Part shown: positions 35,487-45,752 of the stretch, piece after piece
Layout: every line of letters begins with the position of its first letter
How positions within the stretch are numbered: the stretch's first letter is position 1
IMG/VR virus record: IMGVR_UViG_3300042465_001922
Location: 1 to 60,059 of that record
Reading direction: 5' to 3' (one strand)
DNA: 60,059 bases
Origin: a virus
Lineage: Duplodnaviria; Caudoviricetes
Translations under genes and position numbers: made by a program
Notes under the pieces: generated by a model
Database searches by the model: none
What the model was told of the DNA's origin: nothing
What the model saw: the letters and a program-made list of their open reading frames with translations, nothing else

Positions 35487-36572
35487 TTATACCCGAGTAT
35501 ATTTCTGAGGGTTAATTTGCTTGCCTTGTTTGGTTGTACCAGTCCGAGCTTTTCGAACCTTATCCATCATGTCGTAAAGCACATCTGCGCCTGCGTCTGA
35601 GTTGCCATTACCTAAATGAGACACCACATCTGCCGGAATTACAAACTCTCCGTGCGATAGACGGGCGGGCTGTTTGCCATCAATGTCGGTCTTAATCTTG
35701 TCGGCCATTCCGTCCGTGCCGCCACGGAGATAACGAGCTGCACGACCACCCTGGGCAAGATCCATCAAACCACCGCCTGCTGCTTGAATAAACTTGGTAC
35801 CCTCGCCGGGTTTACCACGGACTGCTGTGAATTTAGGAATCTCTCCCTTGTAGCCAACCGGACCTTTAGCAGCAGAACCTTTGCCCAACAATCCCATAAG
35901 TCCACCAAGCAGTGCTGCTAGTAGCGCATCTTGTTTGTTGGGGCCGGTGGTGGTCAGTCGATTAATAACATCTGTTATTTTTTGAGTGATGGTGTTGGTT
36001 CCGCCAGGAGTTGGCGGCCCTTGAATAGTGCGAGTGCTTCCATCTGGATTGCGAATTGTCGTTGTGTTTGTCTTGGGGTCATAGATAGCATTTTTGGTAT
36101 TTCCGTAGAAACCACCCTCTTGAGCTTCGGCATCTCCACCTCGGCCCCCTGTACCGTATGGATACAACTCTTTGTATAAGTCTTCCCCGAGCTGTTGTTT
36201 TACATACTCATCGCTTTGCTCTGGACCTGAGTATGTTCCTTCTTGTAATTCTTTTATATCCTGTGCTGAGTAACCAAGACCGGCATATGGATCTGATTCC
36301 ACATCTGGAAGCATTCCACTTAGATCGCCTAAGTCAAGTCCGTACAAACTCATATCTGGGCTTATGTCGGACAGATCAAAACCAAAACTGTCTCCTAGAC
36401 TGCTTAGATCAATTCCCAACCCGCCATATGAATCGCCACCAAAATCTACGTTTGACCAATCAAAACCACCTAAGTCAACACTAGGAATATCAAAGCTAGA
36501 TGGGAATCCTTCGAACCCACCTCCAGGTAGATACGAATCGTAGTTTTCATCAAAAAAACTGTAATCGGCCAT
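35487..36572 (-). CDS. Putative internal virion protein
   Basis: Likely start ATG 36572; Asp/Gly/Phe-rich N-terminus; C-terminal LAQGG...GGTDGMADKI...ARLSHGEFVIPADVV domain. Confidence 0.65.
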   Translation of the reverse strand: MADYSFFDENYDSYLPGGGFEGFPSSFDIPSVDLGGFDWSNVDFGGDSYGGLGIDLSSLGDSFGFDLSDISPDMSLYGLDLGDLSGMLPDVESDPYAGLGYSAQDIKELQEGTYSGPEQSDEYVKQQLGEDLYKELYPYGTGGRGGDAEAQEGGFYGNTKNAIYDPKTNTTTIRNPDGSTRTIQGPPTPGGTNTITQKITDVINRLTTTGPNKQDALLAALLGGLMGLLGKGSAAKGPVGYKGEIPKFTAVRGKPGEGTKFIQAAGGGLMDLAQGGRAARYLRGGTDGMADKIKTDIDGKQPARLSHGEFVIPADVVSHLGNGNSDAGADVLYDMMDKVRKARTGTTKQGKQINPQKYTRV

Positions 36573-36579
36573 ATTTATC

Positions 36580-38967
36580 TCATTTCTTTGGTGGCGGATT
36601 TGTTGCTTGAGCAATCCGCATTAAATCTGCTGGAGTAAGTCTTCCACTCAAAATTGAAGGTGCAAAAGCTGCGAGTAAATTTCTATCAAAGCCACCGGTT
36701 GGGGCATTTTGTAACAACGCACCAATTCCCTCAGATGTTGCTAATCGTGTAATCGCATCCACTACATCACGATCTGAAAGCGCAGCGGTCGTTGCTGTTC
36801 CAAGCCCTTTAGAGACTATTGATGGAAGACCAATCCCTTGACCACCAAGTTGTACAGCTTGACCCGCTAAGTTAGTTCCAAATGATTTTAAATAATCATC
36901 AAGACCACGAGTTCCAGCAGGTAATGCTCCAATGCCAGAACTAATAATTGACCTTGCAATCATTTCCGGAGTAATAGATGCTGGAAGAATACTTGTTAAC
37001 CCGCTTGGTAATAAGTTTGCCACTGAACTAGTTGCAGTTGACAACGGCGCAGGTGTTGCGGCTCCAGTTATTGCATCAATTCCAGGGGTAGTTAAATACG
37101 CACCAAGCGCCATAGCAATTGGCGGTACAGAAAGGATCTCCATGATGTTGTTAAAGAGATCACCAAAGAATCCGCTACTTGTATTGGGATCTTCAAAGTC
37201 ATACACACGCTGAACTTTGACCGGTACCAGCTTATCGTTTGCTGATGTGTACAAAATTGATGCGTGTTTGGAGTTTTCTTTAACGTCGTCAATACCTAGC
37301 GTCTTGGCTGCTGCTGGATCTAGGGTATCGGTACGGCCCTGCCAAAGATAAAGATCTTTGTACTTGTTGTTTAGATCGTCATAAACATCTTTGATGTCTT
37401 TGTATTGCGGTGCTTTGGATGGGTCTTTGTATGTATCCTTAGCAATTTCATCAAGCCTGGCTTTGGTGTTTTTGTAATAGTCGTATGCCGATGTTGACTC
37501 AAAGTTTCTGGTGTATCTGGCTACGCTTGCTGGATCTTCGGCACCGTAATACTGATCTCCAGCCAACTGCATAGCAAAGAATTGTTCGGCTGTAACCGGT
37601 ATCTTATAAGTGCGATTCTGATTTTCCGGATCTTGTCGTTCTACATAAACAACATCCATCTCAGACCCAGTTTCTGGGTCAATCTGCTTCTGAACACCAC
37701 CAAGCCTGTTTAGTTCTTTTTCAATTCGTGCAAAGTCAGATATATCTTTTTTGTCAGCGGTTACACCAAAAACACCGGTTCCTCTGGCTAAAGCACCCTG
37801 CCATTTACTGTGTGGGTCTGCTCCAACATATTGATGACGAATGTTGTCCGTCATATCCTGCATTCCACCAATAAAGACTTCACCGTCTTTGTCAAGAATG
37901 TCGTCAAATGCTTTCTTGTGGAGGATTGGCAGGTTCGTGCGCGGATCAACACCGTAAGTGTTGGATGTTTCTTCACCCCGTTTTATTTCACCAATTGGGG
38001 TGTTGATAACTTTTTGGAATGGATTGGCTTGAAAGAAAGGAGAATCCGGTGCCTTAGTAGCAGCATCTTGAACTAGCTTTTGTTGTAACTCTTCGTTTGG
38101 CTTGCCAGTTAAATAAGATTGATAAATTTCTTTCAACAATGGATCTGTTGATTTACCGCTAATCAAATCTTTTTCTAACTTTGTTGTTTGCTCATCAGTT
38201 AAACCGTAAAGGTTTTTAGCAATCCCACTAACACGATCTGCTTCTTGGAATTTATTAAATCCTGATGTTTGCAAGATGCTTTGGAGTTCTTGCAAGTTTT
38301 TGGTTGCTAGATCGGAAGACTTAACTGTTGGCGTTAATGTTCCCGGATCAAGACCAAGCTTTTGCTCTAAAGCTGTTGCATATCGTGGGTTCTCTAACGC
38401 TTGATAAATCCCTGAGCTACCTAAAATGTCATAAGCCTGAGCGGGCAGGATATCTGTACCAGTCGCTCCAGATACCAAAGCAGATCGTAAAGTTTGGGGA
38501 GTCAATGCCCCAGACCGAAGCTGTTCAGTGTAATAAGATGGCCCAGTATCCGTTGCAGGAATGTCCCGACCAAGCACGGTCTTGTATGCTGAGCTAATCA
38601 GTTCCGGTATGCCAGCCTCATAAAATCTTTTGTACTCGTCTGCGGTTATGCCATCTGATCCAATTTCTTTTTGCCAGTAATTAAACCCAGTCGTATCTGG
38701 TTGTTGTCCGGCTAACGGGTCACGGCCAAGCACCGATGTGTACAAACCAGCAACATCAGTTGGAAGATTTGTTGGTACTGCGATGTTTAAAGGGGTTGCA
38801 GATGGTAATGCGGCAATACCGGCAGGGGTTGTGGCTGGTGCTGTTGGAGTTGCGGCTGGCGCAAAGTAAGCTTGCTGTTGACCTTGGTTGTACGCAGCCA
38901 AGGCATCCATAATGTTGGAATAGCCTTGTGCTTGTAACCCCGGTAATGCTTCTTCAAATGACGCCAT
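36580..38967 (-). CDS. Large putative virion protein
   Basis: About 795 aa from ATG 38967; two Y..VLGR repeats (LYTSVLGRD, AYKTVLGRD); hydrophobic C-terminus. Confidence 0.65.
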   Translation of the reverse strand: MASFEEALPGLQAQGYSNIMDALAAYNQGQQQAYFAPAATPTAPATTPAGIAALPSATPLNIAVPTNLPTDVAGLYTSVLGRDPLAGQQPDTTGFNYWQKEIGSDGITADEYKRFYEAGIPELISSAYKTVLGRDIPATDTGPSYYTEQLRSGALTPQTLRSALVSGATGTDILPAQAYDILGSSGIYQALENPRYATALEQKLGLDPGTLTPTVKSSDLATKNLQELQSILQTSGFNKFQEADRVSGIAKNLYGLTDEQTTKLEKDLISGKSTDPLLKEIYQSYLTGKPNEELQQKLVQDAATKAPDSPFFQANPFQKVINTPIGEIKRGEETSNTYGVDPRTNLPILHKKAFDDILDKDGEVFIGGMQDMTDNIRHQYVGADPHSKWQGALARGTGVFGVTADKKDISDFARIEKELNRLGGVQKQIDPETGSEMDVVYVERQDPENQNRTYKIPVTAEQFFAMQLAGDQYYGAEDPASVARYTRNFESTSAYDYYKNTKARLDEIAKDTYKDPSKAPQYKDIKDVYDDLNNKYKDLYLWQGRTDTLDPAAAKTLGIDDVKENSKHASILYTSANDKLVPVKVQRVYDFEDPNTSSGFFGDLFNNIMEILSVPPIAMALGAYLTTPGIDAITGAATPAPLSTATSSVANLLPSGLTSILPASITPEMIARSIISSGIGALPAGTRGLDDYLKSFGTNLAGQAVQLGGQGIGLPSIVSKGLGTATTAALSDRDVVDAITRLATSEGIGALLQNAPTGGFDRNLLAAFAPSILSGRLTPADLMRIAQATNPPPKK

Positions 38968-39046
38968 GCTCAATCCCAAAGATTGGTTTCACTACGGAAT
39001 GCGCACGGCTAGGGGAGGCCGGAATTAACCCTAGAAATTGGTCGGG

Positions 39047-39075
39047 ATTATAGCTCTGTGTCATGTCCGAGTCAA
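39047..39075 (-). promoter_or_regulatory. Near-consensus sigma-70 promoter for the internal-virion operon
   Basis: TTGACT (39075-39070), 17 nt, TATAAT (39052-39047). Confidence 0.8.
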
Positions 39076-40028
39076 TAGACCAATATGGATACAGAACCGA
39101 CAGCGCCGACTCCAGCTACCCCTACCAGAGCCACCTGAGTTTTCGGCGGGAATGGTGCGGATACATAGGAAATATCGCCAATTGAAGCCGGAACAGCTGG
39201 ATGTGCGTATGGAGTGGTTTGAGCTGGGAGATATTCTATGTAGACCCCATCTACCGGGCCAGTCGTGCTGTATGCCTTATCGGTTGCCCACCACAAACCG
39301 ACAGACTGCCCAGCCTGAATATCAAAAACAATTGTTGATCCCGCCAAGAGATAAGACGGAACTCCTGCGCTTTTCCTGGCTGGCAAGGTGTACTTGACCG
39401 CCGACTTGACTACATCCGTTCCATTAACTCTTATCCAAATAACTACATCGTGAGCAGCGTTGTCAGTATTAGCAAACTGAAGACCGTAAGTAATCTTGTA
39501 CACCCCGTTGTAAGTAGGGGTGGCTGTATAGTCATTGTTAAGGGTAAACCCTAATATTTCGTCTGCGGTATCCCACTGAACGATGGTCGGCGTGTCATCT
39601 GCCGTGGCGTACTGATCAGCGTTGCCACTAGCGCCAATATGGGGGAAATTTAGCTGTCTGCCAGATCCGGTAAACAAGCTGGCATTTACGTTTGAGCCGG
39701 TTACATTATTAGCCAATACGTCTTGGGCCTGGACTCCCCCGGCGTACAAGGTTTGCAGGTAGGCAAGAGCCGCCACTACTTGCCCGGCGTTGACCAGGTC
39801 TAGGTTAGCCGTATCACCGTTAAAGTTACCCCCATTGAACTCCCCGGCGTTAAGCTCTGGGAAGTAGCCGCCGTTATTGAGCAGCTCCAGGATCTGGTCG
39901 ATTAGGTTGTCATTGAGGTTGAAGTACAGGCGCAGGATACGGCTGTACCCGTCCATGAATGTGGCATTGAACTCCGTAACTGGTGCATACGGTAGCGCTG
40001 GTGCAACATAGGTCTTCTCGATTGTCAT
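39072..40028 (-). CDS. Putative tail protein
   Basis: 318 aa, APALPYAP...ILRLYFN N-terminus, C1q-like beta C-terminus (NGVYKITYGLQF). Confidence 0.6.
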   Translation of the reverse strand: MTIEKTYVAPALPYAPVTEFNATFMDGYSRILRLYFNLNDNLIDQILELLNNGGYFPELNAGEFNGGNFNGDTANLDLVNAGQVVAALAYLQTLYAGGVQAQDVLANNVTGSNVNASLFTGSGRQLNFPHIGASGNADQYATADDTPTIVQWDTADEILGFTLNNDYTATPTYNGVYKITYGLQFANTDNAAHDVVIWIRVNGTDVVKSAVKYTLPARKSAGVPSYLLAGSTIVFDIQAGQSVGLWWATDKAYSTTGPVDGVYIEYLPAQTTPYAHPAVPASIGDISYVSAPFPPKTQVALVGVAGVGAVGSVSILVY

Positions 40029-40645
40029 CTACTACCCCAGTGCAATCGCTCTAGCTCTTTGCGGGCCTGGGCAGCTTCTTCTGCTGTGTTGCACAATTTT
40101 GAATAGTAAGATTTTTTGTTTACCGTTATTTTGGCTAAAAATCTTTTACCAACAGCCGACACCCCAATATATCCGGTAGTGCTGTTAGCGCGAAGCCTTA
40201 CGTTTCTATTTTGGGTTTGAACGCCAGCCCACCGGCAATTTCCAGGCTCATAGTTTCCATAAGTATCAATTCGATCCAAAGTTTCGTCGCCATTTGGCTC
40301 GCCCATATCAGCAACAAATTTCTTGTAATCCATCCATTCCTGACAAACAGAAACTCCCTTGCCACCATAGCGCGGATAATCTTTATCTGTTGGAACTGTG
40401 CATCGTCTAATCATTGCTCGCCACGTATTGTAAGAACCTTTTCCTGTACCACCATGTTTAAGGTTTGGGACAACACAACCACAAGATGTTGTATTGCCAG
40501 TAACCAAACTCCCTGAAACTACAACAGTTTCATTTCCGCATTCACAACGACACCGCCATAAAACCTTTTTTAACCTATCACGACCTGCCTGCTCAATTAC
40601 GATTAACTTCCCAAACACCTGCCCAGTTCTATCTATGAGTTTCAT
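40025..40645 (-). CDS. HNH homing endonuclease with AP2-like C-terminal domain
   Basis: DRTGQVFGKL..WRCRCECG; YPRYGGKG; TLDRIDTYGNYEPGNCRWA...QNRN; GYIGV...AAQARKELE. Confidence 0.85.
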   Translation of the reverse strand: MKLIDRTGQVFGKLIVIEQAGRDRLKKVLWRCRCECGNETVVVSGSLVTGNTTSCGCVVPNLKHGGTGKGSYNTWRAMIRRCTVPTDKDYPRYGGKGVSVCQEWMDYKKFVADMGEPNGDETLDRIDTYGNYEPGNCRWAGVQTQNRNVRLRANSTTGYIGVSAVGKRFLAKITVNKKSYYSKLCNTAEEAAQARKELERLHWGSR

Positions 40646-40699
40646 AAAAGGCTCCTTTAAAGAAGCCCTTAGTATATCACCATAAGTTAGGATGGGATG

Positions 40700-42601
40700 T
40701 CATCTCCTCCCATCAGGACGAATATCGATTCGGGGTGCGCCAAGCTGCCAGGTGGTATTCAGATCACTGGAAGATACTTTGAAGATCATCTGCCGGGCGC
40801 GGACCCGGGTGTAGATGATGTTAGTGAACGCTTCAATTGGCACCGTAGCCGTCCTGGTTACCGTGGCAAAGTTGGTGCCTCCGGCGGATGCTGGGCTGGT
40901 AAAGCCTGATCCTGAACCCTTCATAGGCTGGAGCGTGAATACCGCCTGTGGGTTGGAGGCACTAGACCCTTCAAAGGTGATGTCCGGCAGCATCCTCCAG
41001 ATAAAGCCAAAGTTATGGCCATCGTCAATGTCAAACTCTGAGGAGGAGATATAGGCCTCGATAGCCGCCGGTGTACCGGTTTCGTTGTCATTAACACCAA
41101 ACTCGTGATAGACCAGGTTATTAGTGTAAGTGGCCGCTATCGGGTAGTCCTGTAGGCCGCTATCTAGCCATGCCGTCCTGGCCAGAGTTCCGTAGTACCA
41201 GGCTTTTTCAAGGTAGTTATAGATCACATACTGGTCAATGGTGCTAGATCCAGCGGTGGGGTAGAACCACCAAACCTCTGTAAATCCCTCACTTGTCCCA
41301 GCAAAAATTTGATCAGTCTGCTGAAGGTTAATGTCATTAAAGATGAACCGGCGCAGATCGCATGGCAGAGTCTGAACCCGGCCATCGTAGTAGTAGAACT
41401 TGTCGATACCCATCCAGTAAACAATACCGGAGGCAAAAGCCACGGCATTTGGGCTTTGGATGGAGATGTTATCTGCCAGAAGCGTGGCTCCCCAAACACC
41501 GCCTTGTGGGCCAAGGTATTGAAGAGAGTAAAAAGCAGAGTCAGTAATTACGATGATCTCTTGCCGGGACTGGATTACGGCAACAATTGTTGATCCACTG
41601 GAAAGTCTTAGACTGCCAGCCTGATTGGTAGCACTTGGCGTCCAATTTACCGCCGACTCCTGATCTGACCACCGAATCAGCATTGGGTCTAGGGTTCCAG
41701 AGCCGATGTCGTTTGCTCCAAAAGCCATAGCAAATCGGTAAACGTCGGATACAAATACCTTATTTACCGTAGTCGGAACCCCAGAAGCCCCTCCAAGACT
41801 GGACAAAAGCACACCCCGATTGCTAGTTCCAGAGGATGAATCCCAGTAATAAATCTGGCTTCCACGGTTAGCAAAAATTAGATCTTCACCAAAGTTAGCC
41901 TGACTCCAGAGACGGATCAGCTCGGGCGTCGTGCCGCCTTGACCCCAGTTTCCTTGGCCCCATGAGCCTGCGCCCCACCCTGTAAACGGAACCTGTGTTG
42001 CAGCGCCCACATGAATTTCATAAGCACCAACCACAGATGCCCCACCGTTTCCAGAATCATTCGCATTCGCAGTTACAGCCGCTCCTGTCGTTGGGTTCTT
42101 GGCTACGATGGTGTAGGTATTGGCAGTCAGAACCTGGGCAATCTGGTAGTTCTGCTCAAGGACTGCCTCGGTGATATTTCCCCCGACCCCAAGGCCGTTG
42201 GCATCTACCCCAGAGAAAGTCACAAAATCGCCTGTATAGGCTCCGTGGTTGTTGTCCGTAACTGTGATGGTCGAGCTGCCATTAGAGGCTGCAAAGGTCA
42301 CCTCGCCAGCCGCAGTAGTGGATCGAATGGGGGTGATGTCATAGTAGGCAGCGCCTTGCTCTATGTAGAACTTAAGGTTAGTACCCACTCCGATCAGGTT
42401 TGCCCCTCCCAGGGTCACCCAGTTCCACAGCGACCGGCACACCCCCAGGAATCGGCTACTGGAGATCTGCGCCCACCCACCAATCTTCTCAGGGCTACCC
42501 TGACGGAAACGGACTTTGTCGCATTCGTACCAGCCACCTTCGGTGGTATACCGGGTGTTTTCTTTGTTCACACCTGGTTTAAACAGTATCTTTTTTAACA
42601 T
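40700..42601 (-). CDS. Tail nozzle/stabilisation protein (P22 gp10-like beta-propeller)
   Basis: 633 aa, KVRFRQGSPEKIGGW, IRWSDQE...W, EVWWFYP, ARTAWLD. Confidence 0.7.
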   Translation of the reverse strand: MLKKILFKPGVNKENTRYTTEGGWYECDKVRFRQGSPEKIGGWAQISSSRFLGVCRSLWNWVTLGGANLIGVGTNLKFYIEQGAAYYDITPIRSTTAAGEVTFAASNGSSTITVTDNNHGAYTGDFVTFSGVDANGLGVGGNITEAVLEQNYQIAQVLTANTYTIVAKNPTTGAAVTANANDSGNGGASVVGAYEIHVGAATQVPFTGWGAGSWGQGNWGQGGTTPELIRLWSQANFGEDLIFANRGSQIYYWDSSSGTSNRGVLLSSLGGASGVPTTVNKVFVSDVYRFAMAFGANDIGSGTLDPMLIRWSDQESAVNWTPSATNQAGSLRLSSGSTIVAVIQSRQEIIVITDSAFYSLQYLGPQGGVWGATLLADNISIQSPNAVAFASGIVYWMGIDKFYYYDGRVQTLPCDLRRFIFNDINLQQTDQIFAGTSEGFTEVWWFYPTAGSSTIDQYVIYNYLEKAWYYGTLARTAWLDSGLQDYPIAATYTNNLVYHEFGVNDNETGTPAAIEAYISSSEFDIDDGHNFGFIWRMLPDITFEGSSASNPQAVFTLQPMKGSGSGFTSPASAGGTNFATVTRTATVPIEAFTNIIYTRVRARQMIFKVSSSDLNTTWQLGAPRIDIRPDGRR

Positions 42602-42633
42602 GTTATCATCCTGCCATTAACAAGGAGATCACT

Positions 42634-43482
42634 ATGTATGTTTATATTTGGAAAACACCAGACGCAATTCCGTTTTACGTTGGATTTTCTAAAAGCCGTC
42701 ACCGCACCAATCCCAATAATGGCGGCGGAAGAAATTGGCTTACCAAACAAAAACTTAGTGAAATTGGGTGTCATAACGTAATTGTTGAAATTCGTCCAGT
42801 TGAGTCAATTGTGGCCGGGAGAGCGCTAGAGCGCAATCTCATAGCAGAACTTGGTCGAATACAGACGGGAACTGGCACTTTAACCAATCTTCGTGAAGGC
42901 GGAGAAGGCACCTCATCGCCGTCCCCAGAGCATCGTGAAAAGTTGCGCCAACTTCTTTTTGACCCATCACATCCTGCGCACAGTCCAGAATCCCGTGCCA
43001 AACTTAAAAAACGTATGCAAGATCCTGATGTCAAAGCAAAATTTACGGGGGATGCAAATCCATCAAAGCGCCCAGAAGTGCGAGCCAAGCTCAAAGCCAA
43101 GTGGGCAAATCCTGATTTTAGAGCCGCAATGAAACTTGCAAGGACTGGGGTTAAACGAACTTTGTCTGAAGAAAATAAACAAAAATTACGAGACAGGTTA
43201 GCGGCCAATCCAAACATGTCAGGATGGTCAAGTCGCAATGGAAAAGACCTAGACTTTGAGGCTAAAAGAATAGATGGGATTCGTAAGGCCCAAGCAAAAA
43301 GAGTTGAAAAAATGTCTGATCCAGTTGCCTTGGCCCAGCGCAAAGAACGCCTTAAACAAACAATGAACTCTGAAGAATTTAAATCCAAACGATCCCAGTG
43401 GGATACCCCAGAATACCGAGCCAAGTTATCAGCGGCAAAGAAAGCATACTGGGAAAAAAGACGATCCATGATCAGCTCATAA
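42634..43482 (+). CDS. GIY-YIG-like homing endonuclease with basic helical repeats
   Basis: MYVYIW...PFYVG...ERNLIAELGR...LTNLREGGEG followed by SPEHREKL/SPESRAKL/PEVRAKL/PEYRAKL repeats; AAGGAG RBS. Confidence 0.75.
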   Translation: MYVYIWKTPDAIPFYVGFSKSRHRTNPNNGGGRNWLTKQKLSEIGCHNVIVEIRPVESIVAGRALERNLIAELGRIQTGTGTLTNLREGGEGTSSPSPEHREKLRQLLFDPSHPAHSPESRAKLKKRMQDPDVKAKFTGDANPSKRPEVRAKLKAKWANPDFRAAMKLARTGVKRTLSEENKQKLRDRLAANPNMSGWSSRNGKDLDFEAKRIDGIRKAQAKRVEKMSDPVALAQRKERLKQTMNSEEFKSKRSQWDTPEYRAKLSAAKKAYWEKRRSMISS

Positions 43483-43978
43483 ATAAAGCAATTTCGGCCC
43501 TGCGGCGGCGCGTCAATCCCTTTTCAAAAGCACTGCCCGGATTTACGTACATCATAAACCCCTCGGCAATTCTTTCCAACGGCTCATCCCTGACTATTCG
43601 CTGGCGAAGGGTAGACCTCTGAAACCCACCTACACCGATGTTGTAGCTAAGAGCGACACAAGCGTCAAACAAGCCTTGACGCCCAGATAAATTAGGGGCA
43701 AGTCGAAGAACACCGCGCTCAAAACTGACGAGGAGATTCTTGAAACGTTCCTCCAGTTCTGGCTTTGACCATAGACGATTGTGTTCTGGTGCAAGGGGGA
43801 ACTCCTTTCTGATCATTCCGGTATAGCCTTCTTTGCGAATCACTGGCAGGCGAATCTGTTCCTGATGCAGCACCTCACCCCAGCCCACAGTCCATATTGA
43901 TGCAGGACACAAATAGGGCCGGTCACGATACCCCTCAAACTGGTGCATTACGTGGATGCCTGCCTCGGATGTTTTCAT
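43472..43978 (-). CDS. Endolysin, GH24 lysozyme
   Basis: FEGYRDRPYLCPASIWTVGWG...FDACVALSYNIG...GLTRRRRAEIALF. Confidence 0.92.
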   Translation of the reverse strand: MKTSEAGIHVMHQFEGYRDRPYLCPASIWTVGWGEVLHQEQIRLPVIRKEGYTGMIRKEFPLAPEHNRLWSKPELEERFKNLLVSFERGVLRLAPNLSGRQGLFDACVALSYNIGVGGFQRSTLRQRIVRDEPLERIAEGFMMYVNPGSAFEKGLTRRRRAEIALFMS

Positions 43979-44457
43979 TTCTTAAAGGACTGGCTTCCAA
44001 ACCAAAACGCAATCACGCTTGAAAAGATGATGGCCGAGTCCTCATCCCAGAGGATTGCCATAGCCTGATCAAACGGCACCCCGGTCTTCCAGGCGTAGAA
44101 GAAGCCAAAGATGTTCACAAATAAGAGCATGGAGAACATGCCGTAGGTAATGACCGGACGGACAGAAGCTCGCATATTGACCACCCACTGGGACGCACCC
44201 TTACCGATCTCGATGTCGTGGGCATACAAAGCCTGGCGCTCCTGAACGGCGGTCTGCATGGCGACCTGGTCAGTCCGTATCTCCTCAACCCGGGCCTGGG
44301 CGGCAAAGCCTTTCTCCAGCATCTGAAGCTCCCGCTCCGTCTGCATCTTGGCAAGCTCTAGCTCATGGGCCTTATCCGACCGATCCTGGAAGAAGTCCAA
44401 GACCTTGGGCAGACCGCCCATCAGGAATGAAACGAGGGTAGAAAGCAGGGTAATCAT
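43975..44457 (-). CDS. Holin (3TM, GTA-holin-like)
   Basis: RASVRPVITY...IAFWFGS motif with hydrophobic helices; coupled to the endolysin. Confidence 0.75.
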   Translation of the reverse strand: MITLLSTLVSFLMGGLPKVLDFFQDRSDKAHELELAKMQTERELQMLEKGFAAQARVEEIRTDQVAMQTAVQERQALYAHDIEIGKGASQWVVNMRASVRPVITYGMFSMLLFVNIFGFFYAWKTGVPFDQAMAILWDEDSAIIFSSVIAFWFGSQSFKK

Positions 44458-44720
44458 CGCTTAGACCTTTCTTCAAGGAGTTTTAAACGGACCTGAAGGT
44501 CGTGAATATCTTTGTAAATCTCTTCTTTGAGCTTGTGCCGGGCTTCGGCTGAAATTGGGGAATCAGTTGGGGTGCCGCTGGGGGTAATCAGGGCTGGCAT
44601 CTTAGACTTGATGTCTACCAGATCGTGTTGGATGTTAGTTACGGCGCTGATCATCCAAGTAATTGCAGCCACAATCACCGGAAACGCCATCTGAATTACT
44701 TTTGTCCAGTCCATCACCAC
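44454..44720 (-). CDS. Membrane-anchored lysis-region protein
   Basis: N-terminal TM helix plus coiled coil. Confidence 0.6.
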   Translation of the reverse strand: MVMDWTKVIQMAFPVIVAAITWMISAVTNIQHDLVDIKSKMPALITPSGTPTDSPISAEARHKLKEEIYKDIHDLQVRLKLLEERSKR

Positions 44721-45169
44721 ACCTTTGTCATCTTAAGAACCGCATAAATAATCAAAGACAAAACCCCCAGCACCAGCCATTCGTTCCGTGTTGCCTGTCG
44801 GTCAGAGTCGTACTCCTTTTGCAACTCCTTGCGCTCCTTCCGAAGCTTGACTTCTAATGCCTGAACCTCATCTATTGCCCGTTTGCCAAACTCTTTCTCA
44901 ATCTGTTTAAAGGCGTCCTCTTTGTTGCGCCGCAGGTTGTACAGCACCCGATATTCGTTGATGGCGTCCACATACATCATGTCGCCCCGGCGTTGAACTT
45001 CCTGTTGTTTCCTGCGCCACGCCACACGGGCGCGAGCTTCTTCGTCCAGAAAAGCATTGACTTCTTTGGCTGTCTCTTTGATGTCCCGTCCGGCTTTGAT
45101 CGCCTCGCGGATTCCACCTAAAGCGGTTTGAACGACCTTGGATGGGTCGGCTGGATCTGGCAATGACAT
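44714..45169 (-). CDS. Coiled-coil protein with C-terminal TM helix
   Basis: 151 aa. Confidence 0.6.
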   Translation of the reverse strand: MSLPDPADPSKVVQTALGGIREAIKAGRDIKETAKEVNAFLDEEARARVAWRRKQQEVQRRGDMMYVDAINEYRVLYNLRRNKEDAFKQIEKEFGKRAIDEVQALEVKLRKERKELQKEYDSDRQATRNEWLVLGVLSLIIYAVLKMTKVW

Positions 45170-45243
45170 CTACTGCCCCCATGCGACTATTAGCAAGGAA
45201 CATACCAGAGACACCCCAAAAAGCAATAGCCCGAAGGTTGGGG

Positions 45244-45513
45244 CTATTTGAGCTTTGACAGGGTCTGAGCTAGCCGCGCTCTTTGTCCTAATTTGCCTGG
45301 TTTCTTGGCTGCGGCTGCGAGCTTTTTTGCGGGGATCTTTTCCCCTTTCTTTACACCAAGCGAGCTTCGTAAAGCGCCTGGCTTTTTGATGGCTGACTGA
45401 ATCCATTTCTCACCTACCTTGCCACCCTTTTTTGCAATGACGCCACGACCTTTAAGCACATCAGCTTTGGTCACTTGGCCGTCGCCTGTTAAATCTGGAA
45501 AGTCTTTAGCCAT
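45244..45513 (-). CDS. Small basic protein
   Basis: MAKDFPDLTGDGQVTKADVLKGRG...KWIQSAIKKPGALR...RARLAQTL. Confidence 0.7.
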   Translation of the reverse strand: MAKDFPDLTGDGQVTKADVLKGRGVIAKKGGKVGEKWIQSAIKKPGALRSSLGVKKGEKIPAKKLAAAAKKPGKLGQRARLAQTLSKLK

Positions 45514-45515
45514 GA

Positions 45516-45752
45516 CTACCATCCTTCCACTCTATTAATTTCAACAATGTCCACACCGGGGTGAAACGTCATTTGACCTATACATGCAATGTTCCAGTCT
45601 GGCCCGGTCTGCTCACTCCAGCTATAGGTATTAATTCGCACATGCCTGGCTAATATCTCGTTACCGTTTTCAAACACTCGCCACACATGTTCTTCACTTC
45701 CTCGGCCCGGCTCGCCTTTTGATTTATTAAACCGGATTAGATATTTGTTCAT
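45516..45752 (-). CDS. Hypothetical protein
   Basis: 78 aa, YLIRFNKS.G.PGRG...HVWRVFENG; ATGA overlap. Confidence 0.7.
   Translation of the reverse strand: MNKYLIRFNKSKGEPGRGSEEHVWRVFENGNEILARHVRINTYSWSEQTGPDWNIACIGQMTFHPGVDIVEINRVEGW

Noticed and set aside
45170-45406. 78-aa minus ORF MDSVSHQK...
   Set aside because: Mostly overlaps 45244..45513 in another frame; only its hydrophobic 3' end might be a real mini-gene, which I cannot support
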